Source of the DNA: Solirubrobacteraceae bacterium
Lineage (GTDB): Bacteria > Actinomycetota > Thermoleophilia > Solirubrobacterales > Solirubrobacteraceae
Direction of reading: 5' to 3'
Length of the DNA stretch: 64,000 nt
Assembly (NCBI GenBank): GCA_035505215.1
Contig: DATJQY010000015.1
Location: forward strand, 160,387 to 224,386
In this document: positions 27,566-37,057 of the stretch, in pieces
Position numbering within the stretch: the first letter of the stretch is position 1
Layout: each line of letters begins with the position of its first letter
Notes under the pieces: model-generated
Database searches by the model: none
What the model saw: only the letters and a program-made list of their open reading frames with translations
Told to the model about the DNA's origin: nothing
Program-made: the position numbers and the translations under genes

Positions 27566-27580
27566 AGTTGTCCGACAACT
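27566..27580. promoter_or_regulatory. Palindromic operator candidate (GntR-type)
   Basis: AGTTGTC-C-GACAACT, perfect 7-bp arms, between divergent operons, one of which encodes a GntR regulator. Confidence 0.6.
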
Positions 27581-27639
27581 ACGCTATCTTAGCCTGAGGA
27601 GTTCGGGGCCGTCAACGGCAGTTTTAAGGAGAGAGAGGG

Positions 27640-28698
27640 ATGCGCGCAGCGATCTGGGACGGCCCGGGGGCGATGAGCGTCGGGGAGGTCCCCGACGCCA
27701 CCTGTCCCGGGGACGGCGTGCTGCTGCGCGTCACCGCATGCGGGATCTGCGGCACCGATGTGCGCGCCTTCTTCAATGGCGACCGCCGGATCTCGCCGCC
27801 CTGGGTCCTCGGGCACGAGATCAGCGGCGAGCTGATCGAGATCGGCCCCGAGGCCTCGCGTGAGCTGGAGACGATGGGCCTCAAGCTCGGCGACCACGTG
27901 CACTGCATCTCGACCCTGTGGTGCGGGGCCTGTCGCATGTGCCGGACCGGGAACGAGCACCTGTGCGTCCGCCACGAGCTGATGGGCTTCGACTACCAGG
28001 GTGCCTACGCCGAGCTCGTGGCCATCCCCCAGATCGCGCTCAAGAACCTGTTCGCGATCCCCGGCGGGCTCTCCGATGCCGAGGCCACCTTCACCGATCC
28101 CCTGTCCGACGCGATCTGCGGCCACAAGGACATCGGCGTGGGCCTCGATGACACGGTCGTGGTGATCGGAGCCGGGCCGGTGGGGACCGCGCACGCCGCG
28201 ATTTCGCGCTTGGAGGGGGCGGGGCGGGTCATGCTTTTGGAGTCGGCGCGCGACCGGCTGGAGCTGGCGCGGGAGATCCTCGGCGACGAGCGGCTCGATT
28301 ACGTCGACGTCTCCAATGGGGACGGGACGGCGGCGGTCCGCGCGGCCACGGACGAGATCGGCGCCGATGTGGTGATCGTCGCCTGCTCGAGCGGCGCCGC
28401 CCAGGAGCAGGCGATGGACATGGCCGCCCCGCGGGGACGCGTCCTCTTCTTCGGCGGGCTGCCCAAGGGGACGACCCACATCCAGTTCCCGTCCAACATC
28501 CTCCACTACGGCGAGGTCCAGGTCCACGGCTCCTACGCCTCGCGCCACCGCGACCAGGTCCACGCGCTGGACATGCTGGCCGACGACGTCGGCGGGCTGC
28601 GGGGGGTGATCTCCGACGTGGTCGACCTCGAGGGCGCGCCCGAGGCGTTCAACCGGATTCGCTCAGGGGGCGTGCTGAAGATCGTCGTGGAGCCCTGA
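27640..28698 (+). CDS. Zn-dependent (MDR) polyol/alcohol dehydrogenase
   Basis: CGICGTD, GHE, structural Zn motif C..C..C.......C, GAGPVG. Confidence 0.93.
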   Translation: MRAAIWDGPGAMSVGEVPDATCPGDGVLLRVTACGICGTDVRAFFNGDRRISPPWVLGHEISGELIEIGPEASRELETMGLKLGDHVHCISTLWCGACRMCRTGNEHLCVRHELMGFDYQGAYAELVAIPQIALKNLFAIPGGLSDAEATFTDPLSDAICGHKDIGVGLDDTVVVIGAGPVGTAHAAISRLEGAGRVMLLESARDRLELAREILGDERLDYVDVSNGDGTAAVRAATDEIGADVVIVACSSGAAQEQAMDMAAPRGRVLFFGGLPKGTTHIQFPSNILHYGEVQVHGSYASRHRDQVHALDMLADDVGGLRGVISDVVDLEGAPEAFNRIRSGGVLKIVVEP

Positions 28699-28707
28699 GT
28701 TCCTGAG

Positions 28708-29436
28708 ATGGCCACCTCGAGCCGTGAATCGCTCCGCCACCGGATCGCCGAGACGCTGCGCGAGCGGCTGGTGCGCGGCGAGTTCTCCGCCGGGTCACGC
28801 CTCCCCAGCGAGCCCAAGCTGGCGCGCAGCCTTGGGGTGTCGCGGAGTTCCCTGCGCGGCGCCATCGCCATGCTCGAGACCGACGGCCTGCTCCAGCGGA
28901 TGCACGGCTCGGGCACCTACGTCGCCGAGCGCCCGGTCCTGCGCAACGACCTGAGCCGGAACTTCGGGGTCTCGGAGATGATCGCCGCCGCCGGCCTCGA
29001 CCCCGGGACGGTGGACGAGCGGGCGGCCAGCGAGGGGGCGCCCGAGGACGTCGCCGCCGCCTTCGGGATCGAACCGGGCACGCCGCTCAGCGTGCTGCGC
29101 CGCGTGCGCACGGCCAACGGGCGCCGCGTCGTCGTCAGCACCGACTGGTGCCGGCAGGAGGTGCTCGATCCGTCTGATTTGTCCGCCCTCGGCGAGGGCT
29201 CGGTCTACGCCGCGCTGGCCGAGCAGGGGTTGCCGATCCATCATGGCGTGGCCTCGATCTCCCCCGCGCTGGCCCCGGCCTCGCTTGCCCGGCTGCTCGA
29301 GGTGCCGGCGCGCTCGCTGCTCCTGACGCTGTTTCAGGTCGACAGCACCGTGCTCGGCGAGGTCGCGCTCGTGTCGATCGAGCACCACCTGGCCAACGCC
29401 TTTGAGGTCAGCGTCTACCGGCGGGGCCCCGCCTGA
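28708..29436 (+). CDS. GntR-family regulator (HutC/UTRA subfamily)
   Basis: RLPSEPKLARSLGVSRSSLR..GSGTYV and a UTRA-like C-terminus. Confidence 0.92.
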   Translation: MATSSRESLRHRIAETLRERLVRGEFSAGSRLPSEPKLARSLGVSRSSLRGAIAMLETDGLLQRMHGSGTYVAERPVLRNDLSRNFGVSEMIAAAGLDPGTVDERAASEGAPEDVAAAFGIEPGTPLSVLRRVRTANGRRVVVSTDWCRQEVLDPSDLSALGEGSVYAALAEQGLPIHHGVASISPALAPASLARLLEVPARSLLLTLFQVDSTVLGEVALVSIEHHLANAFEVSVYRRGPA

Positions 29437-29444
29437 GGAGCTCC

Positions 29445-30953
29445 GTGAGCGACGAGCTGGTCGTGGGCGTCGACGTCGGCTCGCAGGGCACCTGCGCCCA
29501 GGCGATCGCGCCCGACGGCGCCACGGCGGCGATTTCCTACGTCCCCCACTCCCTGTCCTATCCGTATCCCGGCTGGGCCGAGCAGGATCCGACCGAGTGG
29601 CTGGGCGCCGTCGCGCAGGCGCTCGGCGAGGTGCGCCGCGCCGCGGCGCCGGCGCCGCTGCGGGCGATCGCCTTCGGGTCCCAGCTCGACGGGCTCGTGG
29701 CGACAGACGCCGACGGGGACCCGGTCGGGCCGGCGCTCATCTGGATGGACCGGCGCGCCGGGGCGGAGTGCGCTGAGGCGGCTGACCGGATCGATCCCGC
29801 CCGCCTGCGCGAGCTGACCGGGTGCAATCTCGACCCCGGCCACGTGGCGGCGAAGATGGCCTGGCATCGCCGGCACCGGGGCGCCGAGCACGCCTCGGCG
29901 CGCTGGCTTCTGCTCCCGGGCTCGTTCGTCGCCTGGCGCGCGGCCGGCGAGCTCGCGGTCGACCCCTCCAACGCCTCCTCGTCGATGCTCCTCGAGCTGG
30001 CCAGCGGCGCTTGGTCGCCGCTCGCCTGCGCGGCCTTCGAGGTCGAGCCGGAGATGCTGGCCCCGATCCGGGGGGCCCACGAGGTCCTCGGACCCGTGGC
30101 GCCGTGGCTGCGCGAGGCGGCCGGGCTCGACGCCTCGACGCTCGTCGTCCTCGGCTGCGGCGATGAGATGGCGGCCACGCTGGGGGCGGGGGTGAACGAG
30201 CCGGGGTCGGTGTGCGATGTGCTCGGGACGGCCGAGCCGGTGTGCGCCGTGGTCGCCGAGCCGGCCCTCGACCCCGGGCAGGTGACCGAGGCGCACCCGC
30301 ACGCGAGCCCCGGGCAGTGGCTGCTCGAGAACCCGGGCTGGCTCTCCGGGGGCGCCTATCGCTGGTTTCGCGACGAGCTCGGATCCTCGGAGTCGGCGCG
30401 GGCCGCCGCGACGGGGGCCGACGTCTACCAGGTGCTGAACGACGGGGCGGCGGGCGTGCCACCGGGGGCGGGCGGCGTTTTGTGGCTCCCGGCGCTGGCC
30501 GGGGCCACCGCGCCGGAGTGGAACGCTTCCGCGCGCGCCGCCTGGTTCGGGTTGACCTCGGCGCATGGCCGGCCGCACCTGGCGCGGGCTCTGCTGGAGG
30601 GGAACGCGTTCGCGCTGCGTGACGTCGTCGACGCGATGTGCGAGGCGGGGCTCGAGCCGACCGAGCTCGTGTGCGTGGCCGGCGGGGCGCGGGGGGACTT
30701 GCTTTTGCAGATCCGGGCCGATGTCACGGGCCTGCCGGTGACCCGGCCTGAGGACGTCGAGACGACGGCCCGGGGCGCCGCGATGCTCGCCGCCGCCGGC
30801 GCCGGGGTGTATCCCGATGTCGCCTCGGCGGTTCTTGCCATGGCGAGCCCGCGGCGAGAGGCGGTGCTTCCTGATCCGGAGCGCCAGGCCGTGTACGCCG
30901 AGGCGTATGGGCGCTACCGGCAGCTCTATGCGGCGCTACGGCCGCTGTTTTGA
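29445..30953 (+). CDS. FGGY-family carbohydrate kinase (xylulokinase-like)
   Basis: VGVDVGSQG, WAEQDP, ALIWMD.R, LEGNAF, AGGARG, ARGAAMLAAAGAG. Confidence 0.92.
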   Translation: MSDELVVGVDVGSQGTCAQAIAPDGATAAISYVPHSLSYPYPGWAEQDPTEWLGAVAQALGEVRRAAAPAPLRAIAFGSQLDGLVATDADGDPVGPALIWMDRRAGAECAEAADRIDPARLRELTGCNLDPGHVAAKMAWHRRHRGAEHASARWLLLPGSFVAWRAAGELAVDPSNASSSMLLELASGAWSPLACAAFEVEPEMLAPIRGAHEVLGPVAPWLREAAGLDASTLVVLGCGDEMAATLGAGVNEPGSVCDVLGTAEPVCAVVAEPALDPGQVTEAHPHASPGQWLLENPGWLSGGAYRWFRDELGSSESARAAATGADVYQVLNDGAAGVPPGAGGVLWLPALAGATAPEWNASARAAWFGLTSAHGRPHLARALLEGNAFALRDVVDAMCEAGLEPTELVCVAGGARGDLLLQIRADVTGLPVTRPEDVETTARGAAMLAAAGAGVYPDVASAVLAMASPRREAVLPDPERQAVYAEAYGRYRQLYAALRPLF

Positions 30954-31468
30954 GCGAGCCTTCGCGCCACCTAACTCGCCTTCGCCAGCACCGCGCGTGT
31001 TACACGGAACGGGTATCCGCTCCGTGGGGTGTGGCGGCAAGCGGTTGACGTCCGCCGGGGCCGAGAGGGGCGCTGTCGTGAGGCGGGGCCGCCGCGCGCC
31101 GCCCGGAGGCCTGCCGGCTCTCGCGCGGCAGCAGCCATATCGCTACAAAGCTCGCTTCGTTGCCCGCGCTCATTAGCGAAATGGTCGCCAGGGCGGCCAA
31201 AACGCTAATCAGCGCCGAACGCCGAGCACGCTCATGCGCGAAATGGTCGCTCCCGAGCCGTCACTCAACGACCTCGCTCGGATGAGCCCGCCCCGCCCCA
31301 CCTCCCCACAACACGAACTCTCCAGGTCGCCCAACGCCCCCAACTCGTGGCGAGAAAGCGGGATACCCGTTACACGAATGCCGCCTTCGCGACGTTGATT
31401 TCGCGGGACGACAGAAACGTCACACGGATCGCCGCGCGGCAGATGCGTGTCGCGGTGGGCGCTGTCCC
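30954..31468. repeat. REP/BIME-like intergenic mosaic between convergent genes
   Basis: 22-mer CGCTCATnnGCGAAATGGTCGC at 31167 and 31229 (20/22 identical), each opening a hairpin. Imperfect inverted repeat AACGGGTATCCGC (31008) / GCGGGATACCCGTT (31358). Confidence 0.55.
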
Positions 31469-32845
31469 CTACGTGGTCGACACATAGACGTTCTTCAGCT
31501 CGGTGTAGTGCTCCAGCGCGTGGGGGCCGAGCTCGCGCCCGATCCCCGACTGCTTGAAGCCGCCGAACGGGGTCGTGACCCGGACCGAGGTGTTGGAGTT
31601 GACCGACAGGGTTCCCGCCTCCAGCGCGCGGGCGACGCGGAGCGCCCGGGCGCCGTTGCTGGTCCAGATCGAGCCGCTGAGGCCGTAGATCGTGTCGTTG
31701 GCCAGCCGGATCGCCTGCTCCTCATCCTCGAACGGGATCACCGCCGCGACGGGCCCGAAGATCTCCTCGCGGGCGGCGCGGTCCTCGTTGGAGACCGGGC
31801 AGAGCACGGTAGGGGCAAACCAGAAGCCGGCGCCGTCGGGGGCGCTCCCGCGGATCGCCACCGGGGCATCGGCGTCGACGAAGGAGGCCACCTTCTCACG
31901 CTGGTCGGCGGTGATCAACGGGCCCATCTGGGTCTCCTCGTCGAGCGGGTCGCCCACCCGGAGGGCGTCGATCGCGTCCTCGAGCGAGGACATGAAGCGA
32001 TCGAGCACCGAGCGCTCGACGAGGATCCGGCTGCGCGCGCAGCAGTCCTGGCCGGCGTTCCCGAACACGGCCAGCGGCGCCGCCGCGGCGGCGCGCTCGA
32101 GGTCGGCGTCGGCGAAGATCAGGTTGGCCGACTTGCCCCCCAGCTCAAGCGTGATCCGCTTGATCTGCTGCGAGGCGAGCGCGCCGATCCGCCGCCCGAC
32201 CGCGGTCGAGCCGGTGAACGCGACCTTGGCCACGTCGGGATGCTCGACCAGGCGTTCGCCGACCACCCGTCCGGGCCCGACGACGACGTTCAGCACGCCC
32301 TCGGGGAGCCCCGCCTCAAGCGCGATCTGCTCGAGCTCGATCGCGGTGAGCGGGGTCAGCTCGGCCGGCTTCAGCACGATCGTGTTGCCGGCGGCCAGCG
32401 CCGGCGCGACCTTCCAGCAGGCGATCGGGAGGGGGAAGTTCCAGGGCACGATCATCCCGACCACGCCGAGGGGCTCGCGGAAGGTCAGGTCGACCCCACC
32501 GGCCACGGGGATCGTGTCCCCGAGCAGCCGCTCGGGCGCGCCGGCGTAGTAGCGGAAGGTCTCGACCACCATCCCCACCTCGCCGCGGGCATCGCCGATC
32601 GGCTTGCCCACGTTACGCGCCTCGAGCACGGCGAGGTCCTCGGACCGGGCCTCGATCGCGTCGGCCAGCCGGAGCAGCAGCGCCGCCCGGTCGCCGGGGG
32701 TGACCTCGCGCCAGGCGGGGAAGGCGGCCTTGGCGCGGGCGACGGCCGCGTCGGTCTCCTCGGCACCGGCGTGCGGGAACTCGGCCAGCACCTCCTCGGT
32801 CGCCGGCTCCACGACCTTCAACATCGTCTCGCTGCTCGTTGCCAC
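31469..32845 (-). CDS. Aldehyde dehydrogenase (aminobutyraldehyde dehydrogenase-like)
   Basis: PWNFP, FTGS, LELGGKS, catalytic Cys in GQDCCA, EEIFGP, PFGGFKQSG. Confidence 0.95.
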   Translation of the reverse strand: MATSSETMLKVVEPATEEVLAEFPHAGAEETDAAVARAKAAFPAWREVTPGDRAALLLRLADAIEARSEDLAVLEARNVGKPIGDARGEVGMVVETFRYYAGAPERLLGDTIPVAGGVDLTFREPLGVVGMIVPWNFPLPIACWKVAPALAAGNTIVLKPAELTPLTAIELEQIALEAGLPEGVLNVVVGPGRVVGERLVEHPDVAKVAFTGSTAVGRRIGALASQQIKRITLELGGKSANLIFADADLERAAAAAPLAVFGNAGQDCCARSRILVERSVLDRFMSSLEDAIDALRVGDPLDEETQMGPLITADQREKVASFVDADAPVAIRGSAPDGAGFWFAPTVLCPVSNEDRAAREEIFGPVAAVIPFEDEEQAIRLANDTIYGLSGSIWTSNGARALRVARALEAGTLSVNSNTSVRVTTPFGGFKQSGIGRELGPHALEHYTELKNVYVSTT

Positions 32846-32891
32846 CGCGGACCCTCCTCTACGCTCGGCTGCTCGACATCGGCCAACTCTA

Positions 32892-32907
32892 CTGGTATAA
32901 GGACCAG
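32892..32907. promoter_or_regulatory. Inverted repeat overlapping a probable -10 element (FadR-type operator candidate)
   Basis: CTGGT-ATAAGG-ACCAG in the 64-bp divergent gap. TATAAG lies 8 nt before ATG 32910. Confidence 0.4.
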
Positions 32908-32909
32908 AA

Positions 32910-34286
32910 ATGAGACCTTTTAGTGAGGGGGCGGCGGTCGTCGATGTCGCGGACAGCCACGTGCTGGCCCCCGAGTTCGATCGGCGCTATCCGATGATCG
33001 TCTCCGGCGACGGCGTGTGGGTGCAGGACGCGGGCGGGCGGCGCTATCTCGATGCGATGAGCGGCGGTTCGATGGCGCTGACCCTGGGGCACGGGCGCCA
33101 GGACCTGATCGAGGCCGCCCGGGCGCAGGCCCAGAAGCTCGCCTTCCTGCACAACGAGCGGCTGACCAACCCGGCCCAGGAGCAGCTGGCCGCGGAGCTG
33201 ACCGCGGTCGCACCGGCAGGGCTGGAGCGCGTTCACTTCGTCACCGGGGGCGCCGAGGCCAACGAGTGCGCGCTCCGGATGGCCCGGAGCTACCACGTCG
33301 AGCGCGGCGAGCCCGGCCGCTGGATCGTCGTCTCCCCCGCCCAGGCCTACCACGGGCCGACGATGGCGACGCTCGCCCTCACCGGCCGGGCCGGCCTCAA
33401 GGGCCCGCTCACCCCCTACCTGCACGAGCTGCCCCACATCCCGCCCAGCACCTGGCGGTTTGACCCCACGGGGGAGGAGGCGCTGGCCGCGCTCGACCGG
33501 GTGCTCGAGCAGGCCGGCCCCGAGAACGTGGCCGCCTTCTTCTGCGAGGCCATCAGCGCCGCCGCGCTCCCCGCCTACACCCCACCGAAGCGCTTCTGGG
33601 AGGGGCTGGCCGAGCGCCGCGAGCGCCATGGCTTCCTCATCTGCTTTGACGAGGTCGTGACCGGGATGGGGCGCACCGGCAGCTGGTTCGCCGCCGATCG
33701 GCTGCCCTTCGTCCCCGACGTGATCGCCACCGCCAAGGGGCTCGGCGCGGGTTACGCGGCGATCGGAGCCACGATCTGCCACGAGCGCGTGTATGAGGCG
33801 GTGGCGGCGGGATCACGGAAGTTCTCCCTCGGCCACACCTGGGACGGGGCGCCGCTCCCCTGCGCGGTCGGGATCGCGGTGATCGACGCGCTCCGCCGCG
33901 AGGGCCTGATCGAGCGGGTCGATCGCCGCGGTGCGCAACTGCGGGCCGAGCTGGCCCAGGCGCTCCAGGACGTGGACATGGTGCGCGAGGTGCGCGGCCA
34001 CGGCTTCCTGCTCGGGATCGAGTACGTCGACCCCCGCGACGGCGAGTCGTTCCTGCCCGCCGAGCTCGGGGTGGCGGGTCGGATCGACGACGCCGCGCTC
34101 GAGGCCGGGCTGGTGATCCTCTCGACGCAGCCCACGGGCGACGGCTACGCCGGCGACCAGAGCCTGTTCGCGCCGCCCTTCACCACCTCCGATGAGGAGC
34201 TCGACGAGATGGTGACCCGCTTTGTGGAGGTGGTGCGCCAGGTGGCGGCCGGCGTCGAGCGCGAGCTGATGGTGCCCGCGCCGTGA
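32910..34286 (+). CDS. Class III PLP aminotransferase (paralogue 1)
   Basis: YLDAMSG, GGAEANE, YHG, FDEVVTGMGRTG, PLP-Lys in AKGLGAGY. Confidence 0.93.
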   Translation: MRPFSEGAAVVDVADSHVLAPEFDRRYPMIVSGDGVWVQDAGGRRYLDAMSGGSMALTLGHGRQDLIEAARAQAQKLAFLHNERLTNPAQEQLAAELTAVAPAGLERVHFVTGGAEANECALRMARSYHVERGEPGRWIVVSPAQAYHGPTMATLALTGRAGLKGPLTPYLHELPHIPPSTWRFDPTGEEALAALDRVLEQAGPENVAAFFCEAISAAALPAYTPPKRFWEGLAERRERHGFLICFDEVVTGMGRTGSWFAADRLPFVPDVIATAKGLGAGYAAIGATICHERVYEAVAAGSRKFSLGHTWDGAPLPCAVGIAVIDALRREGLIERVDRRGAQLRAELAQALQDVDMVREVRGHGFLLGIEYVDPRDGESFLPAELGVAGRIDDAALEAGLVILSTQPTGDGYAGDQSLFAPPFTTSDEELDEMVTRFVEVVRQVAAGVERELMVPAP

Positions 34287-34978
34287 CCCTCCGCGCCCTC
34301 GTCGTCCAGCACGAGCAGCCGACCCCGGGCGGCTACGTCCACCAGTGGCTCCAGGAGCGCGGCGCCGACCAGGACACCTACCGGATCGACGTCGAGGAGC
34401 GCGAGGTCGACCCCCGCGACTACGGGATGATCGTCTCGCTCGGGTCCGAGTTCGCCGCCTTCGATGACTCGATTCCGTGGCTGGAGCGGGAGAAGCGGCT
34501 GCTGCTGGCGGCCACGGAGGCCGACGTTCCGGTGCTCGGCATCTGCTTCGGCGGCCAGTTGCTGGCCCGGCTGCTCGGGGGCCGTTCCTACCGCGGCGAA
34601 GTAGCCGAGATCGGATGGCTGCCCGTGCGCAGCCGCGAGACCGCGCTGGTTCCAAACGGGCCGTGGTTTCAGTGGCACTTCGATACCTTCACCGCCCCCC
34701 CGGGTGCGTCGCTGATCGCCGACAGCCCCGCCGGTCCGCAGGCCTTCACGCTCGGCCGCAGCCTCGGGCTCCAGTTCCATCCCGAGGTGACCCCGGAGAT
34801 CATGGACTCGTGGGTCGCGGTGTACCGGCACGAGCTCGACCAGGAGGGCGTCGACCCCGACCGCCTGCTCGAGGAGACCTACGAGCGCGCCGGCGAGACC
34901 CGGGCCGCGGCCTGGCGCCTGTTCGACGGCTTCCTGGCCCGGGCTCAGGAGCTCGAGGGGGCCGTGCGTGGCGGTTGA
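34283..34978 (+). CDS. Type 1 glutamine amidotransferase-like protein
   Basis: GICFGGQ (Cys) and QFHPE (His-Glu) triad. GTGA overlap with the upstream gene. Confidence 0.92.
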   Translation: MTLRALVVQHEQPTPGGYVHQWLQERGADQDTYRIDVEEREVDPRDYGMIVSLGSEFAAFDDSIPWLEREKRLLLAATEADVPVLGICFGGQLLARLLGGRSYRGEVAEIGWLPVRSRETALVPNGPWFQWHFDTFTAPPGASLIADSPAGPQAFTLGRSLGLQFHPEVTPEIMDSWVAVYRHELDQEGVDPDRLLEETYERAGETRAAAWRLFDGFLARAQELEGAVRGG

Positions 34979-35711
34979 GCCGAACGTGGGCTTCGCCCCC
35001 GTCCAGCAGGTGCGCGCCCACGAGTACGTGGCCGAGCAGGTGCGCCGCCATATCGCCCTGCGGCTGATCGCCCCGGGCGAGTCGCTCCCCCCTGAGCGTG
35101 AGCTCGCCGTCACCTTTGGGGTCGGCCGGCCGACCATCCAGCACGCCCTGCGCCTGCTCGAGGCCGACCGCCTGGTCGAGGCCCGGCGCGGCCGCCACGG
35201 CGGTACCTTCGTCTCCGAGCCCGAGGCGGACACCGACGCGATGGACGAGCTCCTGGCGCGGGTGGCCCGCGCGCGCGAGGAACTCGAGGAGGTGCTGGCC
35301 TATCGCCGGGTGATCGAGCCCCGCGTGGCCCGGGAGGCGGCGCGCACGCGCCGGCGCGTGGATCTGACGGCGATGTCACGTGCCATCGCCGGCATGGCCG
35401 AGGCGGTCAGCGAGCCCGACTACATGCGCCACGACACCGAGTTTCATCTCGCCGTCGCGCGCGCCGCCCGCAACCGGTTCCTGCTCGGTGCGATCGAGGA
35501 CGTGCGGCTGCGCCTCAACGACGTCATGAGCCTCCTGCCGGAGTCCGACACCTGGCACCGCCGGCTGGGGGGCGAGCACGAGGCGATCCTGAGCGCGATC
35601 GAGGCCCGCGATGCCGACGCCGCCGAGCACGCGATGGATCTCCACGTGGCCGCCAGTGAGCTGAGTGTGAAGGCGCTGATGACGGCGATCCGGAGGAGGC
35701 CGGCGACGTGA
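34968..35711 (+). CDS. GntR/FadR-family regulator (FCD domain)
   Basis: LPPERELA..FGVGRPTI..AL, GRHGGTFV, D.EFH.A.A, EH.AI..AI...D. Confidence 0.92.
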   Translation: MAVEPNVGFAPVQQVRAHEYVAEQVRRHIALRLIAPGESLPPERELAVTFGVGRPTIQHALRLLEADRLVEARRGRHGGTFVSEPEADTDAMDELLARVARAREELEEVLAYRRVIEPRVAREAARTRRRVDLTAMSRAIAGMAEAVSEPDYMRHDTEFHLAVARAARNRFLLGAIEDVRLRLNDVMSLLPESDTWHRRLGGEHEAILSAIEARDADAAEHAMDLHVAASELSVKALMTAIRRRPAT

Positions 35712-37057
35712 TCACCGCCGAGGAGACTCACGTCTTCCCCCGCTTCCTCGACCTGGCCTACCCCAACGTCGAGCGGGGCCAGGGCGTACGGCTCTACACG
35801 AGCGACGGCTTCGAGGTGCTCGACGCCTGCTCGGGGGGCGCGATGGTGGCGTGCCTGGGCCACGGCGATGAGTCGATCGTCGAGGCCGCCCGCGCCCAGG
35901 CGGAGCGGATCTCCTATGTCTATAACCACCACTTCACCAATGAGCCGCAGGAGCTCCTGGCCGACCGGCTGATCGAGCTGACGGCGCCCGAGATGGCGCG
36001 CGTGCGCTTCGTCTCCGGCGGCTCTGAGGCCAACGAGACGGCGCTCCGCCTGATCCGCCAGTACCACGTCGACCGGGGCGAGGCGGGTCGGTGGCGGATC
36101 ATCTCGCCCGCCCAGGCCTACCACGGGGCGCTGTTCGGGGCGCTCGCGCTGACCGGCCGCCCGAGCCTCCAGCGCCCCTACGGCGAATACCTCCCCGATC
36201 ACCTGCACATCGCGCCGGCGACGTGGCGCTTTGATCCCTCGGGGCAGGCGGCGCTCGAGGAGCTCGACCGCCTGCTTAAGGCGGCGGGCCCGGAGACCGT
36301 GGCCGCCTTCATGTGCGAGCCGGTGAGCGCGGCGGCGCTGCCCGGCTACACCCCGCCGGAGAGCTTCTGGCAGGGGCTCGAGGCCCGCCGCCGCGAGCAC
36401 GGCTTCCTGATCTGCTTCGACGAGGTGGTCACCGGGATGGGCCGGACGGGGAGTTGGTTCGCCTCCCAGCAGGTGCCGATCGAGCCCGACGTGGTCACGG
36501 GGGGCAAGGGCCTCGGCGCCGGCTACGCGCCGCTGGCCGCGACCCTGTGCACGGCTGAGGTGTTCGATGCGCTGGCCGCCGGCTCGCGGAACTTCGAGCA
36601 CGGCCACACCTGGGACGGGGCGCCGCTCCCCTGCGCGGTCGGGCTGGCGGTGCTCGATGCGTTAGTTGAGCGCGGCCTGCTCGAGCGCGTCCGCGGCCGG
36701 GGCCCATCGCTGCGCGAGGAGCTCGAGCAGGCGCTGGCCGGCTTCGAGATCGTCCGCGAGGTGCGCGGCCGGGGCTTCCTGCTCGGGGTCGAGTTCGTCG
36801 ACCCCCGCGACGGCGAGTCGCTCCTGCCCGACGAGCTCGACGCCGCCGCGCTGATCGACGACACGGCGTTTGAGCACGGCGTGCTCGTCACCTCGTCACA
36901 CTCGACCGCCGACGGCTTCACCGGAGATCAGACCCTGCTCGCCCCGGCCTTCATCGCCACCGACGCCGAGCTCGGTGAGATGGTCGAGCGCTTCGCCGCC
37001 GCGGTGGCCGACGTCGAGCGGGCCGTCAAGTCCTCGCTCGCGGGGGCGTCGGCGTGA
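35708..37057 (+). CDS. Class III PLP aminotransferase (paralogue 2)
   Basis: LDACSG, GGSEANE, YHG, FDEVVTGMGRTG, GKGLGAGY. Visibly colinear with paralogue 1. Confidence 0.93.
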   Translation: MITAEETHVFPRFLDLAYPNVERGQGVRLYTSDGFEVLDACSGGAMVACLGHGDESIVEAARAQAERISYVYNHHFTNEPQELLADRLIELTAPEMARVRFVSGGSEANETALRLIRQYHVDRGEAGRWRIISPAQAYHGALFGALALTGRPSLQRPYGEYLPDHLHIAPATWRFDPSGQAALEELDRLLKAAGPETVAAFMCEPVSAAALPGYTPPESFWQGLEARRREHGFLICFDEVVTGMGRTGSWFASQQVPIEPDVVTGGKGLGAGYAPLAATLCTAEVFDALAAGSRNFEHGHTWDGAPLPCAVGLAVLDALVERGLLERVRGRGPSLREELEQALAGFEIVREVRGRGFLLGVEFVDPRDGESLLPDELDAAALIDDTAFEHGVLVTSSHSTADGFTGDQTLLAPAFIATDAELGEMVERFAAAVADVERAVKSSLAGASA

